The position numbers and the translations under genes are program-made. From positions 9,905-73,904 of the forward strand of contig JAUYLZ010000033.1 in NCBI GenBank assembly GCA_030698385.1: a DNA stretch of 64,000 nt. The letters are read 5' to 3'. The number at the start of each line of letters is the position of its first letter. Within the stretch, counting starts at the first letter, position 1. The stretch is from a bacterium (GTDB taxonomy: Bacteria; Patescibacteriota; Patescibacteriia; Patescibacteriales; XYC2-FULL-47-12). Positions 1 through 10,418 of this stretch are shown here, piece by piece. A model generated the notes under the pieces. The model searched no databases. It saw nothing but the letters and a program-made list of their open reading frames with translations, and had not been told where the DNA came from.

Positions 1-627
1 ATGAATCGCTACTTCAGTTATTCTATCCTTTGCCGCGTTAAAATCTTCTTCGGATTTCATGCCGACATCTTCTTTGTTCAATCCAGGAATGATATCTGTT
101 TTTTCCGCGGCTGAACTTTCTTCTATTAAAACAGCTTCTTCCTGCTCATCTTTTTTTGGCGGTAAATAACCAAGCTCTTCATCGCTTACCTCAGACTCAA
201 TTATGTCTTTAGTATTCGGAACAATTGAATCATCATTAATAAGATCTTCTTCTATAGCGGCTTCTTTTTCTGGAATGTCTTCTCTTTTAACATACCCTTT
301 TAATTCATCCATATCGCTAAGTTCCAGACCGGCATCGTCTTCAATCCTTTGCTCCAGGCGGTCGCATTGCTTTAATATTTCTTCATTGTCTTTGTACCCT
401 TGCGCGGCTACTCTCGCTCCCTGAATTGTATCATAAGCTTCACTTGTTTGTCCCAACGCTATATACTGCTCCGCGGCTTTGATATAAAGTCTAGCTTTGC
501 CAATACCGGTCTCGCTTTCCCCCTCACCAATGAGCGTTAAGGGCGATTTGGCCTCGGAGCCGTTCAAAACTACGTCCGGTCCGCCAACCTCTTCAATGCC
601 GTCTGGTTGTGCTGAAAATAATTTCAT
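1..627 (-). CDS. Acidic hypothetical protein (partial, runs off window start)
   Basis: ATG at 627; open frame of 209 codons to position 1 (MKLFSAQPDGIEEVGG...); E/D-rich; missing from the ORF track because it is truncated. Confidence 0.7.
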   Translation of the reverse strand, partial: MKLFSAQPDGIEEVGGPDVVLNGSEAKSPLTLIGEGESETGIGKARLYIKAAEQYIALGQTSEAYDTIQGARVAAQGYKDNEEILKQCDRLEQRIEDDAGLELSDMDELKGYVKREDIPEKEAAIEEDLINDDSIVPNTKDIIESEVSDEELGYLPPKKDEQEEAVLIEESSAAEKTDIIPGLNKEDVGMKSEEDFNAAKDRITEVAIH

Positions 628-692
628 AAAAAAATAGAGTTAAGCAACTCTATTATAACATATTTTTTCATTTATGACGATGTGAAAAAAAC

Positions 693-1274
693 CTAATGCA
701 AACTGTTTATAACCTCAATTTTTTTGGCCATCATCACTTCGGCAATAAAAACGTCGCCGACGTCACGACGGTAATGATAATCACTTTCATCAAGCAATGT
801 CCAGTTGATTTCCCAACCGATCATTTTTTCAAAATCACCGATTGCTTTCTTGCAGTATTTATTTTTGACACTGCCGACAAGCAACAGATCAATTGAGGTA
901 TCAGGCGAGTTTGTAAAACGGCCGGTCAAAATCGCATATTTGATATCACCGAGTTTTCTTAATTTTTCCTTAAAAGCCTCTAGATCCTGCACCTGAATTT
1001 TTACAAAAACATTTTGCAACTCATTATACAAGACAAAATTAGTATTAATCCGATAATGTTTTACATTGACCATTTTTTTGTTCACATCAACCGGTTTGGT
1101 TTCTTCAATAACGCTATCAGTAGACAAAAGCTTGGTTAATTCTTTATTAACACTGCGCACTATTGAACCGGTCTTTTTTGCAATATCGGCAGCGCTAAAA
1201 TCCTCTCCCGGATGCAGGGTTAGATACTTGAGAATTTTGACGCGAACGGCTGAGGAAAAAAGTTGAGTTAACAT
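693..1274 (-). CDS. Winged-helix + nucleotidyltransferase-like domain protein (putative regulator)
   Basis: N-terminal LFSSAVRVKIL...HTH; C-terminal ILTGRF...IDLLLVG nucleotidyltransferase-like motif. Confidence 0.7.
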   Translation of the reverse strand: MLTQLFSSAVRVKILKYLTLHPGEDFSAADIAKKTGSIVRSVNKELTKLLSTDSVIEETKPVDVNKKMVNVKHYRINTNFVLYNELQNVFVKIQVQDLEAFKEKLRKLGDIKYAILTGRFTNSPDTSIDLLLVGSVKNKYCKKAIGDFEKMIGWEINWTLLDESDYHYRRDVGDVFIAEVMMAKKIEVINSLH

Positions 1275-1459
1275 ACTACAGCTAATTTTTAATAAAAAAT
1301 GAAGATGGTCCTAAAAGTTCTTTAATAATATAATAGCAGATAACCTTAAAAAAAAGCAAGTCTTTTTGTCTACTTTGCGTTTTTATACTATAATATAAGC
1401 AATTAGGAAAAAAGCAAATGGATAGGCAATATCCGAATTTTAATTAATGCCTTTTTATT

Positions 1460-3769
1460 ATGTATTATAAATTAGAAAAGTTAGTCCTGACGCCGACCTC
1501 AGGCAAGCCATCAAGCACGGCTGAAGTTTTCATCAGCAATCCGCAAATTGACCAAGAAGCAATTTTGGGCAAACTTTTTTTCGCCTGCGAAATTGAATCT
1601 GTAAAATCAGATGCTCTAAAAATCATTAACTTCTTCATCTCTGCTCTGCCCAATAATTATTACCAGAGCGAAAAAATTTCTCTGCGTGAAAAAATGGGCA
1701 AAATAAACATCGCTACTTTGTTTGAAAACTCCATTGCCAGAGTAAACGCTGAGTTTGAAAAATTCGCCAAAAAAGAACGCGTCAAAATTGATGGAAAAAA
1801 AGTAAACTTAGTCGCTGGCGTAATCACCAAAAGTGAACTAATCTATAGCACGGTTGGAAGTATGCGCGCTATGCTTATCCACACCGAAGGCAAAAGTGAA
1901 AATGCTGAATCTTTAATAACTGCCGGCGAAGCCAATAAAAAAATTTACAAAATTGCGGTAATTGAAGAAAATGAAACTAGAAAAAAAGTAGATTTCAGTA
2001 AAATTTTTTCCAACGTAACTGAAGGGAAAATACCGCTGGAAGGTTATTTCGTTTTTACCAACGATATTTTGCCTGAGTATATTAGCAATAAGCATTTGAG
2101 CAAAATTATCACCACGCTGCCGCTGCCAAGCGCGGTTGAACAAATCAAATCCCAACTTCACAAAATCAATAACTACGTCACTTTCGTTGGCATTATTATA
2201 AAAAACTCCAGCCAGCCGCAAATAAAACGCTCAATTCCAAAAATGCAACTCCATGTTACTGCCAATAACTCGCTTGAAGAAATGCAATCAACCGAAAACC
2301 GAACATCAAAATATCTTTCTCCTTTTGGCGCTATAAATAAAGACAGAATTATAAACTTTTTTAAAAAAAATACCATCGGCCTGCTAAAGTCAGGCGGTTA
2401 CCCGCGCGAAAACTCAACCATTAGAGACAAAATATTTTTAACCAGAAAAAGCCCTTTTCGAGTAATACTCAGATTTTCCAATTATCTAAAAAATCTGTTC
2501 TCGCTCATAATCAACATTTTTTTCTACCTTATACAAATATCTTTACACCCGGTCTTACTAATCCGAAAAATTTCCCTTTTAACAAAAATTATACTCTCAA
2601 AAATTTTAGGATTTTTTTCTTTTTTGTACTTCTGGTACAAAAAACTGTCGCCGATTAGCAAAACCTGGCTGGTAATCTTTGTAATCTGCGCGTCTTTATT
2701 TACCTACAATATCTACAGTATTACCGGCTCAAAAAATCAACAAATCAACGAAGTCAGCTATCAGGAAAAAGTACAAACTATTCAACAAAAACAAAATCAA
2801 ATTGAAGCCGCCCTGCTCTACAAAGATGAAGAAAAAGCAAAAGCGCTCATTGAAGAAACAGCCGGATTAATTACTGAATTGAATTCCTATGAAAAAATTG
2901 ATGGGCGTTTAATAGAAACACTGCTTAGCAAAAATGCCGAGCAGCTAAAAAAAATCAGCCATGTAATCACCATTGATCCTCAAGAACTAATAGATTTTTC
3001 TAATTTGGAAAAAAATTCTCAACCGCAAAGTATGGCGCTGGTTGACACAATAGTTATAGCCGCCAACCCAAAAACCGGCACTCTCTTTCAGTATAATATC
3101 AAAGATAAAACAGCCAGCAACTTTGCCCTGACAAAAAATATAAACTTTGGCGCTCAGCCTGACAGTGATGAAGCTATTTTTATCTCCGCTCAAGGCGGTG
3201 TCAGAGTAGATAAAACCGGCATTATCCAGACCATTGATGAAAAAATCATAGACAGCCTTAATGAAATAAATGATATTGCCTATTTTAATAGCCGGCTATA
3301 CGTACTATCTGCGGCGAATAATAATATTTTGCGGTTTGCAAAAAATTTCGATACCTACGAAGAATGGGTAAAAGAAAATATAGATCTTAGCAATGCCGCC
3401 AGTGTCGCGATTGATGGCTATATCTATGTATTGAAAAATAATGGCGAAGTATTGAAATTTCTCTCCGGCTATACAAATAAATTTGAATTAAGTAAAATTA
3501 ATCCGCCGCTAACCAGCCCGACAAAAATTAAATTGACCGGTGACAGTGAAGCAGGCCAAATTTATATTCTTGAACCAAGCGCCAATCGAATTGCTGTATT
3601 TAGCAAGGAAGGAAAATTCATAACTCAATATCAGCTAGAAAATCTAACTGATTTAAAAGATTTTTTAGTCATCAAAAATAATGACGCGAAAAGCGTTAAC
3701 GCCAAAGATAAAATTCTGTTGCTGAGCGGTTCTAAAATTTACGAAATTGAAACTAGCGCTATTAAATAA
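1460..3769 (+). CDS. Large membrane protein, degenerate PP2C-like N-terminus and C-terminal beta-propeller (NHL-like)
   Basis: 769 aa ORF, central TM segments, repeated YVLxxxxxxI beta-blade motifs. Confidence 0.6.
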   Translation: MYYKLEKLVLTPTSGKPSSTAEVFISNPQIDQEAILGKLFFACEIESVKSDALKIINFFISALPNNYYQSEKISLREKMGKINIATLFENSIARVNAEFEKFAKKERVKIDGKKVNLVAGVITKSELIYSTVGSMRAMLIHTEGKSENAESLITAGEANKKIYKIAVIEENETRKKVDFSKIFSNVTEGKIPLEGYFVFTNDILPEYISNKHLSKIITTLPLPSAVEQIKSQLHKINNYVTFVGIIIKNSSQPQIKRSIPKMQLHVTANNSLEEMQSTENRTSKYLSPFGAINKDRIINFFKKNTIGLLKSGGYPRENSTIRDKIFLTRKSPFRVILRFSNYLKNLFSLIINIFFYLIQISLHPVLLIRKISLLTKIILSKILGFFSFLYFWYKKLSPISKTWLVIFVICASLFTYNIYSITGSKNQQINEVSYQEKVQTIQQKQNQIEAALLYKDEEKAKALIEETAGLITELNSYEKIDGRLIETLLSKNAEQLKKISHVITIDPQELIDFSNLEKNSQPQSMALVDTIVIAANPKTGTLFQYNIKDKTASNFALTKNINFGAQPDSDEAIFISAQGGVRVDKTGIIQTIDEKIIDSLNEINDIAYFNSRLYVLSAANNNILRFAKNFDTYEEWVKENIDLSNAASVAIDGYIYVLKNNGEVLKFLSGYTNKFELSKINPPLTSPTKIKLTGDSEAGQIYILEPSANRIAVFSKEGKFITQYQLENLTDLKDFLVIKNNDAKSVNAKDKILLLSGSKIYEIETSAIK

Positions 3770-3864
3770 TTTATTTTTTATAATTATAAAATCCGGCATT
3801 TAAACCGGATTTTGTAAACCACTCTCGGCATCCCTGACCGCGGAGAGCGCGCGTTTTTATAAAC

Positions 3865-3900
3865 AAAAAAGACCAGCGAATATTTGCTGGTCTTTTTTTT
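3865..3900. terminator. Bidirectional intrinsic terminator
   Basis: aaaaaagaccagc/gctggtctttttt hairpin between convergent genes. Confidence 0.85.
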
Positions 3901-3908
3901 AAATTCAA

Positions 3909-4379
3909 TTACTTCAAAGTAGCTTGTCCGCCGGCGCCATCAATTTTTTTCTTCATCTCTTCAGCTTCTTCCTTTTTCACAGCCGTTTTGATAACTTTTG
4001 GCGCGCCATCAACCAAGTCTTTGGACTCTTTCAAGCCAAGTCCGGTGATTTCTTTCACTACTTTAATTACAGCGATTTTATTTTCGCCAACGCCAGTGAG
4101 TTCTACATCAAACTCTGATTTTTCCTCAACTGCCGCCTCACCGCCGCCGGCGCCCGGCATCGCGCCCATCATCATTGCTGGCGCGGAGGCGGAAACTCCA
4201 AATTTTTCCTCCAGGACTTTGACTAATTCAGACAAATCCAAAACTGACATTTTTTCGATTTCAGACACAATGGACTGAAACTTTTCCGGAACTTCAACTT
4301 TTTTTTCTTCTTTTGTTTCCGCAGTTGGAGCAACCTCAACTTTTCCCTCTGCGGCATTAGTTGTATTTTCTTCTGCCAT
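3909..4379 (-). CDS. rplL: 50S ribosomal protein L7/L12
   Basis: [34 protein letters not shown] motifs. Confidence 0.98.
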   Translation of the reverse strand: MAEENTTNAAEGKVEVAPTAETKEEKKVEVPEKFQSIVSEIEKMSVLDLSELVKVLEEKFGVSASAPAMMMGAMPGAGGGEAAVEEKSEFDVELTGVGENKIAVIKVVKEITGLGLKESKDLVDGAPKVIKTAVKKEEAEEMKKKIDGAGGQATLK

Positions 4380-4436
4380 ATTTTTTTTAATTAATTATTA
4401 TTAAATTATTATTTTATAAACCTTTAACTCTTAAAC

Positions 4437-4961
4437 TTAACTCTTCTTTTCTCCAACTGCTTTCAGGACATATAAGACATTTTTTAAATTTCCGGCCAAA
4501 GCGTTTACAAATCCTGATATTGGCGCGTTTATTGTGCCGACTACCATGCCATAGAGCTGGTGCTTGGATGGCAACTGTGCCAGCGCTTTTACTTGCGCGG
4601 CATCAATGTACTTTTTTTCCAATACACCGCCGATAATTTCCATGCTTTCGTGTTTTTTGGAAAAATCATTCAAAACTTTTGCCGGCGCGACCTCGTCATC
4701 GTAGCTAAAAATAGCCGCTACCTCGCCAGACATTTCTTTTGCTTTAACGCCGTTAATTTCACTTTCGGAAAAAATACGGTCAAGCAATGTTTTTTTGGCG
4801 ACAATATACTCGCTGCCGGCTTGACGGAACTGCCGACGCAAATCATTGATATCATTGGCGCTAGTGCCAAAAAATTTGGAAAAAAATACAGATTTGGAAC
4901 GAGACAATTTGTCTGTTAAATCTTTTATGATCATCACTTTTTGTTGTTTCGTAATAGGCAT
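4437..4961 (-). CDS. rplJ: 50S ribosomal protein L10
   Basis: VAKKTLL, LAQLPSK motifs; directly upstream of rplL. Confidence 0.97.
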   Translation of the reverse strand: MPITKQQKVMIIKDLTDKLSRSKSVFFSKFFGTSANDINDLRRQFRQAGSEYIVAKKTLLDRIFSESEINGVKAKEMSGEVAAIFSYDDEVAPAKVLNDFSKKHESMEIIGGVLEKKYIDAAQVKALAQLPSKHQLYGMVVGTINAPISGFVNALAGNLKNVLYVLKAVGEKKS

Positions 4962-5072
4962 AATTTTGTTAAATTACAAGTTCCAAATAACAAATATCAA
5001 AAAAATTATAAATTTAAAATTTTAATATTTAGAACCTATAATAATATAAAATAAAAAAATCTCCGATAAAAA

Positions 5073-5180
5073 CCGCAGATATTAGGATAATTAATTCTGA
5101 AATTTGCAATTTGCATTCAAAAATTAATACTTTTCCTCGACGAGATGTTTAACGCGAATTGCGCCTCGTTGTCTGCGGCT
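5073..5180 (-). promoter_or_regulatory. Ribosomal protein L10 leader
   Basis: Upstream of rplJ; ccgcagac...atctgcgg outer stem with an internal acgag/ctcgt stem, TTAAA and GAGG, as in L10 leaders. Confidence 0.75.
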
Positions 5181-5227
5181 TGCCCCGTAAAATTTAATTA
5201 TTTAGGGGATATTCAGTTATTATAGAC

Positions 5228-5255
5228 ATAATAGCATACCTTTAATTTTTGTCAA
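5228..5255 (-). promoter_or_regulatory. Sigma70-type promoter of rplJL
   Basis: TTGACA-16 bp-TATTAT with extended -10 TG on the minus strand. Confidence 0.7.
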
Positions 5256-5378
5256 ATGCATTTTTTTGTCAAAATACCACTGCTTACATATTTTATGTTA
5301 ATAACTATTTTTGGTGTAAAAATTTACTTTAATGTTAGCACCTTGACAAAAAAAATAAAAAAATGGCAAAGCAATTTT

Positions 5379-6026
5379 TTATTTTTCTTCATGTATTTTA
5401 GTAAATATTAAGTTACCGTTCCAGGAATTATTTATTAACTTTTTACCAACCCACACTTTATTCTTCTTGTAGCCTGGCCAATAATCAGGATCATTAATTA
5501 ATAAACCAGACACTTCACAATTATTATCAGTTTTATAGCCAAAACACACAACCAGGTGGCCACCTTTCTTTTTTACTTTACCATTTTCGTCAAAATTACC
5601 ACCGCCTAGCCCAGTAGTAACTGATAATATCAATATATAACCATCTTTTATTAATCGCGCTAAACTTTCAAGTGATTTCATTTTTTTTCGAAAAGATTTA
5701 ATATTATAACTCTTTAGTATCCTAACCATAGAATCATGAATCCACCCTCGCTCCTTATCATAAGCATTAATTTGCTGACCTAATCTTATAATATCGCCAA
5801 ATTTAATATGTTTTTCTTCTATGGCATGAATAACCATTTCTAAGCAAGCCGCACCACACCCCTCTTCTCTCCAATACTTTGCTTCCGCTAAATTGAGTAT
5901 TCCCCGCTCTAAATAATTTGATTCTGTAATATCTTGATCATGAAAAAAATCTTTCTCAATAACAATATATTTTTCATTCGAAAATAATTTTTTTTTCTTA
6001 ATTAATTTTTCTAATTTAAATAACAT
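5379..6026 (-). CDS. C39-like (papain-fold) peptidase
   Basis: GCGAAC Cys, GHLVV His and INDP Asp motifs. Confidence 0.75.
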   Translation of the reverse strand: MLFKLEKLIKKKKLFSNEKYIVIEKDFFHDQDITESNYLERGILNLAEAKYWREEGCGAACLEMVIHAIEEKHIKFGDIIRLGQQINAYDKERGWIHDSMVRILKSYNIKSFRKKMKSLESLARLIKDGYILILSVTTGLGGGNFDENGKVKKKGGHLVVCFGYKTDNNCEVSGLLINDPDYWPGYKKNKVWVGKKLINNSWNGNLIFTKIHEEK

Positions 6027-6112
6027 TGTAAATTACCCTGCGGCAGAGACCGCAGTGTGAAATTATTATTTCTCTCACTTAATTTCATACTCTGTCAAAA
6101 ATTTGCTTTAAC

Positions 6113-6817
6113 TTAATAAGTACTGCTAATTACCGTACCATTGCACTTATTATTTTTAAATAAATTATCCAGATTCCCCAACTTTTTCCCATTCATTATC
6201 ACAACTTTTAGTTTCAACTTTTCAGCCAATTTTGAAGCAATCGGATCAAAAGGCTTGCTCATGCCCGGCGTCCACTTATCCCCCACTATTTTTCTAAAAT
6301 CAGGCCAGTTAATTTTTTCAATTTTTTTCGCATCTTTAAACTTCTTGGGGTCTTTAGTATAAACATAATCAATATTGGATAAATTTATTACTTTATTAAC
6401 GCCATAAGCATCCGCCAACCTCACTGCCACATAATCGGTTGACCAGCCCGGTTTCCAGCCGCCAGCCACAATAATTTTTTCCTTAAACTTAATTTTTTTG
6501 TCAGCATGCCTGATAATTTCCGGGTGCGACCAGTCATAAAAAATCGTACGTACCAAATGCGCGTTCAGGCGTGAAGAATGAATCCCCAGCCAGTCGCGGT
6601 CCTCGCTTTTGATAGCTAGCACTTTTTGCGCCGCTTGCGCGTACTGGCGCGCGGTTACCCCGCCGCCGGCAACAATAATAAACTTCTTGCCTTTTTTTAT
6701 CTGTTTGACAATGGTTGCTCTGAATTTTTTTAAATATTGCCAGTCGATTCCTGAGTGAGGCACAATGAGCGAACCGCCCAATGAAACTACATACATTTGA
6801 CTATTAACATTTGACAT
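6113..6817 (-). CDS. pyrH: UMP kinase (archaeal-type)
   Basis: SLGGSLIVP, GGGVTAR, PGWSTD, YVYTKDP motifs. Confidence 0.93.
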   Translation of the reverse strand: MSNVNSQMYVVSLGGSLIVPHSGIDWQYLKKFRATIVKQIKKGKKFIIVAGGGVTARQYAQAAQKVLAIKSEDRDWLGIHSSRLNAHLVRTIFYDWSHPEIIRHADKKIKFKEKIIVAGGWKPGWSTDYVAVRLADAYGVNKVINLSNIDYVYTKDPKKFKDAKKIEKINWPDFRKIVGDKWTPGMSKPFDPIASKLAEKLKLKVVIMNGKKLGNLDNLFKNNKCNGTVISSTY

Positions 6818-7247
6818 TTAACTATAATTTATTATTTAAAAGTTTTTTTCTAAATGCTGTAAGTTGATTACCTAGTGCTTCAGCTTTTAATAGAAAGTCG
6901 TTATGAGTATTTAGAGAGATATATTTGCTATCAAGAGCGATATCTAAACATGCTACTACTTCATTTAATGATGTATGCGCTAAATTAAGAAAATGAGCAA
7001 AGTCCTTATCAGTTCCTCTATCAGAACCTTCTGCAATATTTAATATTATTGAATACAATGCTCTCCACATCTGCGAAGATAAGCAATACTTTTCATTAGA
7101 TGGAAAATCTTGATAGATTATTAATTTAACTTCACAACAAAACATTCTCGCATCTTTATAAACTTGAAAATTTCTAAATCGAAATTTTTTTATAAACACA
7201 GAGCTAGTCATAAAAAAAGTTAAATGTTAATAGTCAATAGTCAATTG
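6794..7247 (-). mobile_element. Four-helix-bundle cassette bounded by 29-bp inverted heptamer arms
   Basis: Arm 6794-6822 reverse-complements to gttaaatgtcaaatgttaatagtcaaatg; arm 7219-7247 is gttaaatgttaatagtcaatagtcaattg. Confidence 0.65.
6822..7211 (-). CDS. Four-helix-bundle protein (23S rRNA IVP-like family)
   Basis: FPSNEKYCLSSQMWRA, NIAEGSDR, FLNLAHTSLNEV signatures. Confidence 0.92.
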   Translation of the reverse strand: MTSSVFIKKFRFRNFQVYKDARMFCCEVKLIIYQDFPSNEKYCLSSQMWRALYSIILNIAEGSDRGTDKDFAHFLNLAHTSLNEVVACLDIALDSKYISLNTHNDFLLKAEALGNQLTAFRKKLLNNKL

Positions 7248-7248
7248 T

Positions 7249-8295
7249 TCAACGAAGGTAAAGCGCTTTGTTTTTATTATGTTCATCAAGCGTCTCGGCA
7301 AAATATGACTGTCCGGTCTCTAAATTATTAAGAAAGTATAGATAATTAGTGTCATCAGGATAAATAGCCGCGGTAATCGCGTTCAAACCCGGGTTGGAAA
7401 TTGGCGCCGGCGGCAAACCGCGATATTTATAAGTATTAAACGGCGTATCAGTTTCTAACTCTGCCAAGTTATGCGCCGGCTTTTTGTCCTTTAAATAATA
7501 ACTAAGTGTAGCGTCCGACTGCAAAGCCATGTCAATTCCCAAACGATTCCAAAAAATTCCTGAGACCACTTTCATGTCTTCAGCGCTACGCACCTCACGT
7601 TCTATGATTGAAGCCATGGTGATAATTTCATAAACTGATTTATTTTGTTTGGCGATATCTTCGCGCATTTGTGGAGTTAATTTTTTGGAAAAATTATTCA
7701 ACATCTTTGCGATAATATCACCTGCGTTCGCGTCTTTAAAAACTCTATAAGTATCCGGAAATAAGAATCCTTCTAAAGTAGTCTCTACAGCTCCACCGGG
7801 CGCTTCTTTTAAAAAAGTATAAACATCAGCTGATTCTGTATCCACGCAGTCATTATATTTCGGGCAGTTAACCAGCTTAGAAAAAAGCGCACCTGAAGCA
7901 ATATTATTCGTTTCCAAATAATCGGCAATATCGCTCGCGCGCCAGCCTTCAATTATTTTTACTATCTTTTCATTGCTTAATGCCTCGCCACGCACCAATG
8001 TTTTGGAAATTTCAGCAATTGTCATTTTTTTGTCCAAAACATAATCACCGGCCTGAATATTTGCGCCCCAATTTTTTAACCAAATATACATTTCAAAATT
8101 AAATTTGCTGGCGATTAAATTCTGATCCGCCAAATTTTGTCCAACCACACTGACCCCTTGACCCGGATCAATAGTAAATAAAACTTCTTGAGAGACACTC
8201 TGAACAGATCCGTTAAACGAACTAAAAAAATAAACCATGACAATAACAATAGCAGTAATAGCAACCACGACCGCGATGTAAATTTTTTTTAACAT
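7249..8295 (-). CDS. mltG: Endolytic transglycosylase MltG
   Basis: LEGFLFPDTY, MASIIERE, LQSDAT, FNTYKYRGLPPAPISNPG. Confidence 0.96.
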   Translation of the reverse strand: MLKKIYIAVVVAITAIVIVMVYFFSSFNGSVQSVSQEVLFTIDPGQGVSVVGQNLADQNLIASKFNFEMYIWLKNWGANIQAGDYVLDKKMTIAEISKTLVRGEALSNEKIVKIIEGWRASDIADYLETNNIASGALFSKLVNCPKYNDCVDTESADVYTFLKEAPGGAVETTLEGFLFPDTYRVFKDANAGDIIAKMLNNFSKKLTPQMREDIAKQNKSVYEIITMASIIEREVRSAEDMKVVSGIFWNRLGIDMALQSDATLSYYLKDKKPAHNLAELETDTPFNTYKYRGLPPAPISNPGLNAITAAIYPDDTNYLYFLNNLETGQSYFAETLDEHNKNKALYLR

Positions 8296-8297
8296 AT

Positions 8298-9374
8298 TTA
8301 TAGATATTTATCTAAACCTAATTCTTTAATTTTTTCAACAATTTTTTTCACGTCCTGAGCGCTATCCTGATGGCAAACTAGTGTCGCGTCTTGCGTGACG
8401 ACAACAATCATGTCTCGCAATCCGGCGGTTGAGACAATGTTGCTGCTAAAATTATATATCAAATTGTTGCTGCAATCAACTTCTATGATTGTTCCTTTTT
8501 TGATATTTTGTTCGTTTTCGTTTTTTAAGACATCCTTAATTGTTTTCCAATGTCCGATATCAGCGAAGCCGAGATCAGCCGGGATGACGATTAAGTTTTT
8601 TGCTTTTTCCATAATGCCGTAGTCGATTGAGATTGGATCTATTTTGGCGAACTCTTTTTTGATAATCTCATCCGCGTCAGAAGTGCCGATAGCGGCATTT
8701 ATTTTCATAAAAATTTCATACATTTTAGGAAGGAACTGTTGGTACTGAGCTAAAAGCGCATCAACTCGCCAGATGAAGTAACCTGGATTCCAGAGATACT
8801 CCCATTGCTTAATAAGCTCTTCGGCCGTAGCGCGGTCCGGCTTTTCAATAAACCGCTCAACTTTAAAAATCTCATCATTACCAACTGAGAGCAACTGACC
8901 GTTCATTTTTATATATCCATATCCAGTCTCTGCGTAAGTGGGATTAACGCCGACTAATCCGCCATACTCGGGGTTGCGTTCAATAACGTTTCCGGCGAGC
9001 CGAAGAATTCTCAAGTACTCAACCTCATTTTCAATATAGTGATCAGAGTGAACTGTGATTATAATTTCTTTTTGGTTGCTATGATAAAAATGCAACGCCG
9101 TAAAACCAACCGCCGCGGCCGTGTCTTTTTTTTCCGGCTCGCAAAGAATGTTTTTTTCATCTATCTGCGGCAACTGTTCGATAATGCTTGATTTATAATC
9201 AACGCAAGTTGCGATAAAAATATCCTCTTTTCGAAACCCCTTTAACAGACGCTGATATGATTTTTGTAATAGTGTCTGATCATCAACAAAAGGTTGCACC
9301 TGTTTTGGCATACTCTTGCGGGAAACCGGCCAAAGCCTGGTTCCCGACCCTCCAGCTAGGATGATAATTTTCAT
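8298..9374 (-). CDS. manC: Mannose-1-phosphate guanylyltransferase
   Basis: ILAGGSGTRLWPVSR, ETGYGYI, FIEKP, SIDYGIMEK. Confidence 0.92.
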   Translation of the reverse strand: MKIIILAGGSGTRLWPVSRKSMPKQVQPFVDDQTLLQKSYQRLLKGFRKEDIFIATCVDYKSSIIEQLPQIDEKNILCEPEKKDTAAAVGFTALHFYHSNQKEIIITVHSDHYIENEVEYLRILRLAGNVIERNPEYGGLVGVNPTYAETGYGYIKMNGQLLSVGNDEIFKVERFIEKPDRATAEELIKQWEYLWNPGYFIWRVDALLAQYQQFLPKMYEIFMKINAAIGTSDADEIIKKEFAKIDPISIDYGIMEKAKNLIVIPADLGFADIGHWKTIKDVLKNENEQNIKKGTIIEVDCSNNLIYNFSSNIVSTAGLRDMIVVVTQDATLVCHQDSAQDVKKIVEKIKELGLDKYL

Positions 9375-9560
9375 ACATTTATAATTAATACCTGTAAATA
9401 GTTTAACACCACATAATTTTTATCGCAAGTAAAAATTGTATAGTATTACTGCAAAAAAAATAATTTTTATCCCCTTGATTTTTACTAAATATCATGCTAT
9501 ACTATAAATAATAAAAGATAAAAAAATCTTTTACCAAAAATAAAACAAAAACAAAAAATA

Positions 9561-10418
9561 ATGTCTTATCTAAAAGGAGTTTTTCTTGTCTTTTTGGCGA
9601 GAAAAAAAATAATTAATAGCCAGTTGTCTCTATTTAAATTTATTTTTATAGGGATTTTTTTATACTCAACTTTTCTGCCAAAAACTGTTCAGGCGAGCGC
9701 TGTGATAACTGAAAATATCTTTGCCAGCATAAATAATGAAAGAAAGAAAATAAGTCTCAATGACTTAACAATCAATCCCTTATTAAATCAGGCGGCCGCT
9801 CAGAAAGCTCATGATATTTTATCTCAAGAACGCTTCGCTCATAACTTCCCAGATATGAAATTCTCCGACTGGGTAAAAGAAACTGGTTATGAATATTCAG
9901 TAGTCGGAGAAAATTTGGCTATAAATTTTACTAACAACGACACCTTGTTTAACGCCTGGCTTTCTTCCCCGTCACACAAAAAAAACATTATACATCCTGA
10001 TTTTAATGAAGTTGGTTTGGCAGTAGTTGAAGGCAGTTGGTTTAATAATAATACTTCCGTAGTGGTGGCAATATTCGCAAGTCCAAAAATAGTAACCGCC
10101 TTAGAACAAACTGTTCCAACTACATTAGCAAGCAAACATAGGAGTTACTCTCCCCCGCTGCTGACATCCAACTTAGCTGAAAATTACTATTCTCATATTA
10201 ACTCAAATACTATCGAATTGGAATTTGCCGGCGCCAACCCAATCGTGCTTTCTGAAGTAGAAAAAAATAATACTGCCACAACATTTTATTTTGTTATGGC
10301 AGCCAAGGTCATGTTAATTTTTATGTTCTCAATGCTGATGCTTATGTCTATACTATATTACAGTTATTACTTTTCAAAACTAAACAAAAAAATACAACTG
10401 TTAAATAATCATCCATAA
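9561..10418 (+). CDS. CAP (SCP) domain membrane protein
   Basis: INNER, GENLA, WLSSPSHKKNI motifs. Confidence 0.88.
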   Translation: MSYLKGVFLVFLARKKIINSQLSLFKFIFIGIFLYSTFLPKTVQASAVITENIFASINNERKKISLNDLTINPLLNQAAAQKAHDILSQERFAHNFPDMKFSDWVKETGYEYSVVGENLAINFTNNDTLFNAWLSSPSHKKNIIHPDFNEVGLAVVEGSWFNNNTSVVVAIFASPKIVTALEQTVPTTLASKHRSYSPPLLTSNLAENYYSHINSNTIELEFAGANPIVLSEVEKNNTATTFYFVMAAKVMLIFMFSMLMLMSILYYSYYFSKLNKKIQLLNNHP

